From positions 26,908,001 through 26,972,000 of the forward strand of contig NC_045717.1 in NCBI RefSeq assembly GCF_009834535.1: DNA of 64,000 nt. The letters run 5' to 3'. Below, piece after piece: positions 12,587 through 27,549 of this stretch. Source of the DNA: Camelus ferus (Eukaryota). The translations under genes were made by a program, and so were the position numbers. How positions within the stretch are numbered: the stretch's first letter is position 1; each line of letters begins with the position of its first letter. A model generated the notes under the pieces. That model worked only from the letters and a program-made list of their open reading frames with translations, had not been told where the DNA came from and ran no database searches.

Positions 12587-13938
12587 CTGGGGCGGACACA
12601 GGGTTAGGGGGTTAGGGGAGGAGGCCCCAGCTCACCCCTCCAGCCTGTTTCCCTCTCTGGGCATGGGAGAGCAGCCCCCACCTGCTCTGGCGGCCGAGAA
12701 GGCCTGTGAGCATGACCTGTTTAGGGCCTGAGACACATTGTTCTTGTTCCCAGTTAGCCCAGAACAACTAGAGGTGACCCTTTGGCAGATACCCCAGCCC
12801 CCCGGCCCAACTGCTAAGCCCAAATCCCCTTCCCTGACCACACTGCAGAGGCTTCCTCACTGGGTCTCCAAAATGTTGACCCAGTTCCTGCCTCGGGGCC
12901 TTTGCTCAGGCTGTTCCCTCCACCAGGCATGCGGTTCCCTGCTCCCCCCTTGCCCTCCCTGGGGGCTGTCACTGGGGCAGGGAGACCTCCCCTCACCATT
13001 CCTGAAAGCTGAGCCTACCCCTAGCCACCCCCTCCAAGACCCCTGCTTTATATTCTTGCTGGCCTCAGCCTCAGCCTGCTTCCTTGCGCATTAAGTGTCT
13101 GCCGAGAAGGACCCCACCAGGGTCTCAGTAGCACCAGCTCGGGGCGTGCATCAGACCTGGTGGGATGCATCCGTGAGCCAATCAATGCCCACTCTGTGAA
13201 GGTTCCTAATCTGTCCCAGGCAGGCGACAGGGGCCGCTGGCCACACGCAGCTAGTTCCGTTTAAGTTGAAATAAAGCTACAAAGGCAGATCCCTGGCCAC
13301 ACCGGCCACATTTCAAATGCTTGTCAGCCATGGAACACAGGTGGCTCCCACCCCGGGTGGTGCAGATGGAGAAAGGTCCCTAGTCACCCAGAAAGCTCTA
13401 AAGGATGGACGCTCTTGGTGGTCAGCAGGACAGGGGTTTTGTCCCTCCTCTGTCGCTGCATCCCCAGGGGTCAGAGCGGCCTGGCACCCAGCAAGTGCTC
13501 ATTAAACGCTCATTCAGGGTGAACCCCAGAAACCCCAACTCACAGGTCATCGTCGGAGCCTGTGTCCTCGAAGTGTCCATCGTCTTCAGGAAGTCCCACC
13601 GCCTCCCTGCCTCGGCCAGGCGGGCCGGGTGAGCCGGGTGCCCCCTCCTGGGCAGCATCCTCGTCCTCCGAGCCGGCGGGCCCATCCTCGGAGCCGCTGG
13701 GGCTGGGCGCGTGTCCGAGGCCGGCAGCCGCAGCCCGCATGGCGGCCAGTGCGGCCATCTGTGCCCGCTGCATTCGTGCGTTGTCGGGCTCTCTGTCCTC
13801 GTCCGGGGCGGCCCGGGTGCGGGCCGGGGGGCCAGCCGGGGGCTCAGGCGGCGGTGGCTGTGGCTGCCGGGCCTCCAGCTCCTGGCGTGCCCGCTGCTGC
13901 CGCTGCAGGAGCGTCTCCATCACGGCCTGCAGCTTCAT
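12271..13938 (-). CDS. ARID3A: ARID3A (Bright/DRIL1) 5' partial CDS, join(13544..13938,12271..12586); continues beyond the left edge
   Basis: Translates MKLQAVMETLLQRQQRARQELEAR...GSDDDL|KPKWEDEEEE...DHGDWTYEEQFKQ, matching the ARID3A N-terminus. GT-AG junctions in phase. The next exon (LYELDGDPKRKEF, ARID domain) was not found in 1..12270. Confidence 0.97.
13544..13938 (-). CDS. ARID3A: ARID3A coding exon (exon 2, coding part, 395 nt)
   Basis: ATG at 13938; donor CT|GTGAGT after 13544; exon acceptor (ccccag) gives exon start 14198, so about 260 nt of 5' UTR. Confidence 0.95.
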
Positions 13939-16900
13939 GGCCCTGCGGGCCGGGCCGCCCCGGGCACCAGGGGTGGGCGGCGGGGGCGGCCCCTGTGGGG
14001 AGGGGGCCCGGCCGCACTGCAGTGTGGGGGCCGCGGGGGAGCCGGGGCAGTGCAGGGTGGCGGGGGGCAGGGGCGAGGGCCGCCGGACTCAGGCTGAGGG
14101 GTGGCGGGGCATGCCAGCGGCAGGCGGGCACTGCCTCCTCACACAGGGCACCCAGGGGCAGCGGCTGGTGTGTGGCTCATTCACGTGTTTGCAGAAACCT
14201 GGGGGGACAAGAGAGACCGTCAGACCACCCCTGGGCTCCTCAGCCCCATCCTCCCCACTGAAGTCAGACCCCCAAAGCCTCTTGGAAAATCCCTTCCATC
14301 CATGTCCACCAGGGTGCAAACCCGGAGGCCTCCCCTGGAGGTGGAGGAGCATGCTCTCCCCATCCGCCCCCTCTCTGTCCACCCTCCAGTGGCCTGGGAA
14401 GTGGGGTCACCCCACTCTGGGCTCCTGAGGGTCTTGAGAGGGACCCCACGAGTCTGGGCCACACAGAAACACACAGTCGTGGAGGAATACTTGGATTATG
14501 GTTTCATAAACAGAGCAGGGGAACAGGGCGTTTCTGGCCTCTGATTGGCTACCAGGGACCAGAGTCCAGGTGCATTCTGGGTTCTGGTTCTGAGTTCTGG
14601 GTGCTGCTCGTGGCCGTGCTGGATGCAGCCCGGTCCGGGGAGTGCCAGGCACCTTCCTTTCTCACAGGCACGCTGGCTGCCCGAGACGCACTTGCTGTTT
14701 ATGGGCTCTGAGCTGCAGCCCCCACTCAGGCTCTCATCCCATCCCTAAACCTCAACTTCGCTAGACCTCAGTTTCCCCATCGGCACAGTGGTGCCCTAAA
14801 AGGCGCGCCCACCTCCCTGTGCCCAAGCAGGATGAAGCGAGTCTATGATGGCACAGACGGGGGGAGGGGCGGGCACAGCAAGCACCACACTGGTGTTGAG
14901 GAAGGAGGGACAGATGGCCCCCGGTTCACCGACGACGAGGAAAGCAGGCTGGGAGGGGACCCCCTGGAGGACACACAGCAGGTTCCGGGCAGGGCTGGGA
15001 TTCGAACCCAGGGCTGGGTGACATCAGAGCCTCCCACACAGCCCCCACGTGCTCTCTGCAGGGAGTTCCCCTGCCCTTTGGGACCCCAGGTGAGGCCGAT
15101 GTCCCAGAATGCAACGCACTCTGCCCCTAGCCTAGGGTCCCCTTGGACCCCAGCCAACCCTTGCTGCCAAGGCCTCGGGTGGGCTCTGGGCATGGACATC
15201 CCAGAGCCTGGCACAGCGGGGCACAACAAAGGACAGGAGGATGACGCAGGTCCTGTCCCGGCCCCCCACCCAAGCCCAGGCCACACCTCCAGCCGCCCAG
15301 GCCGCCAATAAAACAGACCAGGCAGAACCCAACAGGTCTGGCAGTGACACCCCAGATGGTACATCACTGGGACAGTGGGGGCAGCAGGGGAGTCCAGAAG
15401 CCACCCCTAACCCAGCAAATGAATCCCCTAAGGATCTTGAACAGCTCCTGGAGCACAGGGGGCCCACACACAGGAAGGGGCTGACACAGTGGGTGCTGGC
15501 TGCTAGAGGCTCCTGGTAGCTGGCTGACACTGACCAGCCTGGCCACCCTCCCAACCCCTCCCCTGACCTGCTAAGAGAAAGAAGCCTGACCCCACCCTGG
15601 GGAGACCCTTCCAGCCTTCCCAGTCACAGGAGGGGCCCTTTCCCCAGTCCTTGGGGCTTCCAGCAGGATGGGTGAAAGGACGGTGGGGGATGCAGGTGAG
15701 CGGCCCCTGTGGGAAAGTGGGCAGGGACCTGTCCTGGGAGGGCCTCAGGATCCAACAGGGGCAGGGGTCCCAGGGCACAAAGGCCCTCTCCGAGGCCACA
15801 GCGCTGGAGAGTGACCAGGCTAGCCTGTCCTTAGAAGCAGCAGAATAGCACCCAGCCCCCACCCCCCAGGGGCAGGCGGTCACCCCCAGCACCAGCCCCA
15901 GCCCCAAGAAGTGCTGAGGGGACATTTCTCACCCAGTGTCTAGTCTGGTCTGCCGCCCCTCCCCCACCTTTGACAACTTCAAGATGAGTCCCCCCTCCCC
16001 ACGGAAACGCTCTGGGCAACGCCCCCCTCTTTGGGGGGCAGAAGGAAGAGGCCAGAGGAAGCCACTCCCCCCACGCCATCCCCCTCCCCAGGCCTGCTGG
16101 GTTTAATGACCCTTCCGGGTCCACGGTGGGGGAGGGGAGCAGGGCAGGCCTCCACGCTGGGGCTGGTGGAGGGGGCAGGTGGGAACCCTAGAGCCCCCTG
16201 GGCCCGGGCAGGACCCCCCATGGCCGCCATTAACCCTAAGCGGGTGACGCCCGCCCCCCTCCAGACCCCTCCCCCCAGGAGCCCTTTGTCCTCGGCCCTA
16301 CCCCCACTTTATGACAACCCCAGGGGAGAGGCAACCCCTGGCAGGGACTAGGGGGGATGGGGGTGCTGGGTGGTCGTTGGGACCTGGCTGGAGGGGCGGG
16401 GAGGAATCTGGGGCCACACCCTCCCCCCCAATGCCTCCCGGGGAGAGAGAGGTCACCCGCTCAGCCCAGGGCTTGCAAAACACGGTTATTTAAAGAGTTG
16501 TGCAAGGCTGGGGCCCGCGGGTGGCGAAAGGGGGCCCTCACTCCACCAAAGGAAGAGAAGGGGGAGGGCGGGGCAGAAACCTGGGGAGGGGGCTAGCAGA
16601 GTCCAGCGGGGGCGGTCTGGAGGAAGTGAGAAAAGAAACACTTAAGAAGAGAAGAAATAAGAAGACAGAAACCCCAGTCCGATTTCAAAGGCTTCTTGGA
16701 AAGCGGCAGATTTGCATGGTGGGGGGGCAAACCCTCCAGGCCGGGCCACTAAAAACGGAAGATTATTGACAAACCGGCCGCCCAGGTCCGCCGAACGTTG
16801 GAATTGACCAACGCGCGCTCCCCGCGCTTCCTGCGCCCGCTTTTGTGTCTGGGGGGCACTGAACGGGACAGGGGGGCCTTTTCCCGAGGATCCTCACCAG

Positions 16901-17428
16901 AGAGCCAGGGCTCAGGCCGAGCCCACCCCGGGACGGAGTCACGATGGTGTTCCCTCCAGGGGCCCCTTTCTGCCCCAGAACCGACACTTTATAAATAAAC
17001 CATCCAAGCTGGGGAGGGTCGCCACGGAACTGCCCTCCCCACCCGGCGCTCCCACTCCCCTTGGGGATCCCAAATGAAACATCCTAATTTCAGGGAGGAA
17101 AAAAATGAAATAACCCAGAGCTTAGCCCCCCGCGCGCGCATAGAGACCATTTCCTTCCGCTGGAGGGTGGGGGCGCGCACTCGCGACCCCCGATCACCCC
17201 CGGACCCGCCTGGGTGCAATCTGGTAGGGGGTGAGGTCTTCAAGGGGGACGCAGAGAAAAACACCCCAACTCTGACCCACTGGGACCGCCTTCCCGGCCC
17301 TGGACCCCCACCCACGTCCCTGACCAACTTTGGGGACCCCCCCTCATTGGCTTCCAGGGCGCACGGCACCCACCCGGGACAGAACCCGCGATTTGAAAGG
17401 CCGGCCCACCCCTCGCCCCAGCCTCACC

Positions 17429-17473
17429 GCGCAGGGCCCGCTCGGGGGGCGCAGGGCCCGCTCGTGGGGCGCA
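17429..17473. repeat. 20-bp tandem repeat, about 2.2 copies
   Basis: GCGCAGGGCCCGCTCG(G/T)GGG occurs twice. Confidence 0.8.
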
Positions 17474-17589
17474 TGCCCCACGCCTGGCGTCCGGCCCTGC
17501 CCCGGCCGCGCCTGGCCTCCGGCCCGGGCCGCAAGCTGCGCGCTACTGGCTCCCGGCCACCGCCGGGTTTGTGCCGCGCGCCGACTCAC

Positions 17590-17620
17590 CAAGACGCCGG
17601 CCGAGTCCGCGTCTACACCC
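17590..17620 (-). other. ARID3A: Probable ARID3A non-coding exon 1 (5' end uncertain)
   Basis: Consensus donor G|GTGAGT at 17589..17584 inside a CpG island, 3.4 kb upstream of exon 2; CCAAT box just upstream (17633..17637). Confidence 0.55.
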
Positions 17621-20424
17621 CCCACGGACCCGATTGGTAAAAGTCTCCCCGCGCGCGGCCTCCCCCGCCCCTCCCCTCCCCCCCCCCCGACCGGCGCGCT
17701 CACCGCCCCGCAGACAAATCACCGGGTGACAAATCGCTCTCAGATGCAAATACCTCGCCGGTGATTCAGCACCGCGGCCCAGGATGCGGGGAGGGGTCTC
17801 GCGAGGCCCCCTCCCCCTTCCCGGACGCCCCCTCGCCCCCGGAGTTCTGTCCGACGATGCACGACTAGCTCAGGGGTGTTGGGGAGGGGGAGAGAGTGGA
17901 CGGAAATTTTCAGGTCGCGGCCCCTTTAAAGGATAATAAATAATAAAAGGGAAGGGGAACCGGGACGCGGAATGCCCCGCCCCCTATCTAGGGACGGTGG
18001 GCAAAGTGCGCGCCGTGGCCGGGAGCGCACAGGGCGCCTAGGGTGCGGGCGGGGTTGGGAGCGCCCTGGGCTGGGGGAGGGGAAGAGATTGGGCCTCCGC
18101 GTGGAAGGTCTTAGGGGATCCGAGCCTGGTCGGAGACCCCTTCGCCATCTTACTGAGCACCTAGTATGGACCTCCTGGGCTCGGAGTTTCACCCCTGCCC
18201 CTTAGGCTGAAGAACCCGCCGGAGTGACTTTACCCCCTAGAGCAGTGCCTCTGTTTCCAAGTCTGTAAAATGGGGATTAGAGACCTGGTAAAGTAAGGAT
18301 TTGCGGTGATGGGAAAAGAGAGCGGGGCGGGGTCGGAGAGAGGGAACTGAGGTCCCGCGATGGGGGCGCTGCACGATGGGGGGGGGGTGGCGGAGCGCGG
18401 CTGCCAGGAGAGGGGCACGGCCTTGGCAAAGTCGTAGGGGTGGGCGAGTGCGTCCTGGATCCCCCCAGAGGGCACGTCGCGAAATCGTGATGACCCCTAC
18501 CCCCCGACAGTCACCACCTCTTGGGAACCTGATAACCCACACCGTCTAAGAGGAGAAACGAGGTTATCACCTTGGTAATAATAGTTCAACAGTAATTTCC
18601 ATATTCTGAGCCCTTGGTTGCCCCACCATATGCCCAACGCATGAGGCTCACCTCTTGGTGTAGCAGAGACTCTCCATTTCTGAGAGTGGGAAACTGAGGC
18701 CTGGCATAGGTTAAGGTTAAGGGGAATGTGGGGGTGGGCATGTGAACTCAAGTAGGAGGTCTCAGCCCCTCAGGCCACTGCTGGGAGCTAATCGCAAGGG
18801 CCCAGGCTCCAGCCCAGATAAGAGTCAAGTGGGAGCTTGGAGGGCAGGCAGAGGCCACCCAGAGGGCCCCAACTTTCTGGAAGGACTGGAGTCCCTGAAC
18901 TTGAGTTGGGGGGGTTGTGTACAGCCCCCCACACACACACACAGAGCACAGCGCTGCTATTTTCTGGGGCTCCTCCCTCCCCACCCCACATCATCCCCCT
19001 CAATTGCAGGCTAGCTCTCTGGGAGATTCACAAGCCCAAGGGACAGGGCGGAGGGTGGGGGTGCTGTCCCCTGAGCCAGGGCCAGAGCTCTGCCTGCCCT
19101 TTTAAGAAACCCAGCATCCCAGCCCCTGGGCTGTGTGGAGCCTAATGGCAGCAGATGGCAGGGCAACCTCCACCATGAGGCTATTAAACGCCCAACACCA
19201 CCAGAGGGGCCCAGACATCTGCCCCAAGGTGTGGAGCTGGAGGAGGGAAGCCACCCCTGAAGGGCCAGGCCCCAGATCAGTTACAAAGTGCAAGAAAGCC
19301 CCCTCCCCACCAAAGAGACAGATCAGAATACAACCCCTTCCCCATCCTGGGCAGGTTCATGGGCCTCCCTGTGTAAAGTGGGTCAATATTAATTTACTTC
19401 TTCTACAGTAGTTTTGAGGATTACATTCCCCCCTGTTCTCAGGGCAGGGGACAGGGAGGGAGGATCTCCTGAAGGGCAGGAGGGGTGCTGCCCCTGCCCC
19501 CATTTCCCAGAGGGCAGTGGTTGTCTCTGAGCAGTTGGGTGCAACTTCCCCAGAGGTGCCTGGCCCAGGAGGGTGAGGGGCTGCTGGATTCCCAGCTGAC
19601 TCTGGTGAGGGGGGGATCCTATTTTTAGCTCAGAGAGGGAGCTGGGAATTGATACCAGACTTGCTGGCTCAACCAGGCATGGGCAGCAGGCCCAGGTTCC
19701 ACCTGGCCCTGGCTGGGTGATGTTAGGTTAGGGTAGTAGACCCCTCTCTGGTCTCTGTTTCCCAAGCTGGGAAATGGGTGCAGCAACCCCAGCCTTATGT
19801 TTCCTGTCCAGTATGGCTTGCGGGGCCCCTGTAAAAACCAACCCTATCCTCACTGAGCCCCACAGTCAGTCATTCATCCTCCCCCGCCACTCAGAGCTGA
19901 GGGGCATCTACTTAAAAGTTCACCCAGATCCCAAACTGCCCACCTTCCCACATAGATTCCTCCTCAAGCATATTCCCATCTCGGGGCCTTTGCACTGGCC
20001 ATTCCTGCTGCCTGGAGTGCCCTTCCTCAGGTTTTCCCATTCAAACAGGAGCCTCAGCTCAGTGTTAGGGGAGCCCCCATCACATCACCCTGTTGTATGT
20101 TCATCAGGGCGCTCCCATGACACCACAGCTGTGTTTATTTACCTACTCAGCCTTGATCTGGGCTGCCTGCGCCTCCAGTCCTGAGGCAGGGTCTGACACA
20201 CAGTAGGTGTGCCAGTCACACTGGGTCAGGGAATGAATTCATGTGTCTCTTCTCTCCTCATCCCACAGGATTTCTGGTGTCTGTCTACACAGAGGTGGAG
20301 GACAACTTGAACTAGTCAGCATCTCAATCTCAAAGGGCAAAAAAAGCCTGGAGGGGTTGCTGGGCCCACCCTGAAACCATCGACGCCCCTTCTCCTATCA
20401 CCCACACCTGGCCCCTGGGTAAGC

Positions 20425-20795
20425 CAGGGTCTATGAAAATGTAATTTTAACTTCTTTTAAAATGAGAAGAGTAGGGGGGCGATAGCTCAGTGGTAGAGCA
20501 GCATCTGCTCAGCAAGCATGAGGTCCTGGGTTCAATCCCGAGTACCTCTATGAAAATAAGTAAGTAAGTAAATTAACCTAAGTGCCCCCAAATCAAAAAC
20601 AAACTAAAAAAACAAACACAAATAAACAAATAAAATATTATTTAAAAAAAGAAGAAAGCGAGTCTGACTATAAGAAATATATATTAATCATTTTAGCCTA
20701 AATTAATTCGTCTTTATACCAACGCAGCTGCAAAAATACAGTTTTAAATATTTTTTCATAGAAGAGGCCCAGGAGACATTCATAATGCGGCTCTG
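20425..20795. mobile_element. AT-rich old DNA-transposon-like fragment hosting a SINE (family not assigned)
   Basis: TTCGTCTTTATACCAACGCAG and terminal CATAATGCGGCTCTG resemble a hAT non-autonomous element as I recall it. Confidence 0.4.
20474..20650 (+). mobile_element. vic-1-type SINE
   Basis: ATAGCTCAGTGGTAGAGC...GGTTCAATCC, long A-rich tail. Confidence 0.85.
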
Positions 20796-20869
20796 CTTGG
20801 CCCACTTCACAGCGAGAAACCTTTGAGCCCAGGGGTCCAGGTTGGGGAACCCATGAGTGGCTCCCCCTT

Positions 20870-21070
20870 AGGCGCTAGGGTTCCTTTGTGGGGTCGACCC
20901 AGGGGAGCGAGCGCCCTCCGCGGGGTGCGCGCGCCACCTGCCGGGCACCTGCAGGTTGCAGCCGGGGGCGGGGCGGCCCCGTCACTGCGGTGGCTTCCGC
21001 CGAGGCCCGTGAGGGGGCGCCGTGTCCCTGAAACCGACTGTCCCGGGTCAGAAAGCAGAGGCCCGCCGAG
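20870..21070. promoter_or_regulatory. Small orphan CpG island with two CTCF-like motifs
   Basis: CCGGCAGGTGGCGC on - strand (20931..20944) and CCGTGAGGGGGCGC on + strand (21007..21020). Confidence 0.55.
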
Positions 21071-22014
21071 CCTTTTCTGCAGCTCTTTTGAATCCCCGGG
21101 AGAGTTTCTAGACGAAATAGAGAACTTACACTTACGTTAGAATTTCACATCAACAACGAATCACTTTAAGTATAGCCTAAATTCTGCACAGGACAGAATT
21201 ATACTAAAATTTGTTTCATTGCTTTTCTGAGGTTGAAATTAACCCCTCTCCGACCCACCCAGACACGCCCCCCCGGGAGAGGGGACTGATCCCCACGCTG
21301 TGGCTTCGGGTCCCACCCTCACCGCACCCCCTCCCAGGTCGGCTATACCGGCGTATGCTTGGTCCTGGCGCCGCCAAAATGTTAGAATAGTCATAGGAGT
21401 GAGATAATAAATGGAAACAAATTTTCACATACCTTGGACCCTGTCACTCCTTGCTTAGAGGCCTCCCATGGCTCCTACCCCGTCTCAGGAAAGACCCAGC
21501 TCACCCCGATGCTTGCATGGCCCCACCACCTCTGTTCTCACCTCTCATCTTCCCTCCTCACCCTGCTCCAGCCCCACCTGCCTCCTAGCTATTCCTTAAA
21601 TCCAGCTGACAAATCCTACCTCAGGGCCTTTGCGCTGGCTGTACCCTCTATCTGGTGTGCTCTTCCCACCTCTGAGTTCAATTCACATTTCCTGGACTCA
21701 CCTCCTCCAGGAAGCCTTCCTGGAATTACCCCCACCAAGGTCAGCCTCCCAGTTACAAAGGTAATACATATTTCCCTTGTAACCCTTTTTTACTGCTGTC
21801 ACTTTGCCTTTGCATCCCTCTAGGGGGTTTGCCACTTACTGGCGCCTTCACAGACAGGGGCTCTGTACCGGAAGGGGGCTGGGCGGCTGCCTTCCAGACA
21901 GAAGGGGCTCTAAAAATAATGCACAGGAATGGACTTGAGGACAAACGAAGGGGATGCACTAGCTCTGCAGTTTGGAAACGATTCCTCTTCCTGGATGTCC
22001 CCTTCAACCCATTC

Positions 22015-22655
22015 ATTTCCCTTTTAAAAACCTTTTCCTTGCAAGATGATTGTACATTCTCATGCGGAGATATCTCCCTCCTGCCCTTCACCAGGCTTCT
22101 CCCAACAGTGACATTTTGCAAAGCTGCAGTACAACACTGAAACCTGGGTTTCTGAATGGATGCCACCCAACCATGTATCCAGATTCCCCCAGTTCGCTTG
22201 CACTCGCGTGTGTGAGTTCAGTCCTCCGCAACTCCACCACCTGCATGGGCTCACGTTCCCACTGCAGTCCAGGAGCAGAGCGGCTCCATCACGAGGGTCT
22301 GTCCTGCTGTCCCCTCCCAGTCAGTCCCTACCCAGGCCATCACCTCTGCCCTCCATTCCCATATTTTTGCCCCCTTGAGGATGTTACGTGGCTGGAACCA
22401 CACATCACGCCTTTAGGAATTTCCTCCTAGGCTCAGCAAGACCCGTGGAGCCCCACCCTGGGGCCTGCATGGGCTGGCAGTGTGCCCACAGCTGAGTGCT
22501 GCCTAGTGGGTGTGGATGGACCACGGTTTACTGACTATTCACCTGTCCTGGTCGTTTCCAGTTGGGGTTATCACAAACAAAGCTGCTGCGATCCCATGTG
22601 TACAAATTTCTGTGTGAACTGAAGTCTTCCTGTCTCTGAGACATGAGCCCGAGCG
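22015..22655 (-). mobile_element. Old LINE-1 (L1MC-like) 3' fragment
   Basis: Resembles reverse L1MC 3' end: ACATTTTGCAAAGCTGCAGTACAAC, TTTCCAGTTGGGGTTATCACAAACAAAGCTGCT. Confidence 0.6.
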
Positions 22656-23549
22656 TCCCTCTTTAACTTTTTTTTAAAATTCTGTTTATCACAGAGAAAT
22701 CCTACTCCTCACTCTGCACACACGGTCTCTTTTGATCGGTCCCACTCTGTGCTGAACCCTGGAGACCACTTCAGATACACACCCAGCAGATACAGCACAA
22801 GGGTATCAGAGCTGAGATAGAACAGCACTGGGCCCCGATGAGGCGCCTGACACAGCCTGGAGGGGTCCAGGAGGGCTTCCCAGAGAAGGAGGCAGCTGAG
22901 CTGAGACTTGATGGATGAGCGAGGGTGTGCTTGGTACAACAGAGGGACCTGCACGTGCAAAGGCCAAGAAGTAGAAAGGGTGGTAGCAGTTCAGGAAGCC
23001 ACAGGGAGACTGAGTGTGGGGGATGGGAAGAGGAGAGGGAGGGAGGGGCGGGGCCTGTGGGCAAAGGGAACTTTACCTCATGTTCAGTCCCACCCAGGCC
23101 ATGGCTGGGAGACCAGAGCAAGCAAGCTTCAGACCAGTCTCAGAATGGCCTGTCCTTCTCACATAAATAATCCCTGCAAATGTGGGCTCTTTGGACGCCT
23201 GTAATGTCCCCAAATAACTTGGGAGGACAGGGGCCCCCCAAGAGAGGGGCAGCTGCCCTTCAGGGTGACCAAGCCCTAGGCTGGTGAGGCCTCCCCACCC
23301 GACCCCCCCGGGCTGGCACATGCAGCCCAGTGGCGGGTCTGTTCCCCCAGCCTTGAATCTGGGTGGGGCTCTGACAACTCCCAGCAGCTCGCTGTGGAAG
23401 CATGAAGCGTGTGCGCCCAGGAGTAGGTCCGACTTTCCCCGACAGCCATGTTGGGAGGAAGCCCGAGCAACCCTGGGCTCTGGACACTCACCAGGGAGTC
23501 AGAAGGGTACCCTGTTTCATCAGTTTTAAGAGTCACATTGTGTTCACTT

Positions 23550-23555
23550 TTTAAT
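23550..23555 (-). terminator. Candidate KISS1R poly(A) signal ATTAAA
   Basis: TTTAAT on + strand, about 310 nt downstream of the stop in an AT-rich 3' UTR. Confidence 0.55.
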
Positions 23556-23866
23556 GTCTCTGAAAATAGGCTGGATCTTACATTACAATTGTACAGTCAG
23601 CTGCAACACTGTGTGTGAAAACTTCTACTTTGCTTCCTTGAAAGTTCCAGAAAGTGCCAACATCAATACATCTTTGATTTCAGGAAACACAGAAATAGTA
23701 ACTGCAATATTAATAGAAGCAAACATCAAAGCAGATTTGTAACCAACGTTCCAGGAGGAGACAACATGTTCATTAGGATTATCCTGGACAAAAATAAGGA
23801 CATTAATAAAATAATAATAGCAGCGCCTGTTCTGGAGGGGCCTACCTTGATTCCCCCAGAGAGGGC

Positions 23867-26754
<2,888 letters not shown>

Positions 26755-26851
26755 TGCTTCCTCCCGGCCGCCCGCCAGGATTGCACCCGGGTCTGGAGCG
26801 TACCTCCTCTGGATTTGGTGGCTCCAACGCTGGCGCTGCAGCGGCCGCGCA

Positions 26852-26857
26852 TTTATA
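26852..26857 (-). promoter_or_regulatory. KISS1R TATA box (TATAAA)
   Basis: TTTATA on + strand, about 100 nt upstream of the ATG, within a CpG island. Confidence 0.6.
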
Positions 26858-27549
26858 CCCTCATCCCACCTTGTCCCCGCCTTCCCGGTTCTCCAGCAGC
26901 CGCTGGCCACTCCCTCCACTGCGTGAGCGCCCTCCATTCACCCGCGCAGCACCCTTCTCCCCCATTCCCTCCTCCTCCCGCGCCGTCAGGGTGAGAGCAC
27001 GGAGGAGACGGGGCGGCTGGAGTGAGGGGCAGACGAAGAGGGGGGGGGTAGGCTTCATAGAGGCCGCTGTGGACCCGAGAAGGACAGATCTTAAGCTGGG
27101 GGAGCGCGGGGCGGGGGAAGCGGGCGTGGGAGGGGGCGTGGAGACTCACTCGCAAGAAAAGCAGGGGGACAAAGCTACAGGACAAGGGAATGAGGCTTGT
27201 TAAGGTCATGACTTTGACCTTCACGGGGCTGGGGCTCCAGGTGGGTGGGCCCAGGCCAGTGGTGAGGCCTGCCCTCAGAGACCCTGAATATGTTGCCCGA
27301 GTTTGTTCCAGGACACTGGGGAGCCAGGAAGGTTCAGGGCAAGGGAGGGATGCCCGGAATCTGGTGGTTGGAAGATGGCTGTTCTTTAAATAACTCAACC
27401 TCCCCGGGACTTTGCTGTAAATCAGACCCCTAGGGAGTGTCCACCTCCCACCTCACAGCATGGCAGCGATACCTACAATGGGGACATGGTCACTTGTGCT
27501 ACTGGTGGCAGGAACCAGGTGGAGGGCAGTTTATAAAGGACAGTTTCCT

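Larger units (their letters stand above)
17100..18120. promoter_or_regulatory. ARID3A promoter CpG island
   Basis: Dense CpG, GC boxes, CCAAT at 17633..17637 (- strand), octamer ATGCAAAT at 17744..17751. Confidence 0.8.

Noticed and set aside
17765-17777. REST/RE1-like TTCAGCACCGCGG in the ARID3A promoter
   Set aside because: Only the left half matches; the GGACAG right half is missing.
20474-20550. tRNA-like sequence with A and B boxes (also at 201, 8879, 27679, 39326, 52095)
   Set aside because: These are SINE heads with a family-specific body, A-rich tail and TSDs; no intact cloverleaf.
21180-21425. Small hairpin AATTCTG/CAGAATT and an imperfect 15-bp inverted repeat (about 21207..21221 and 21409..21424)
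   Set aside because: Short, AT-rich and most simply explained by a decayed transposon remnant.
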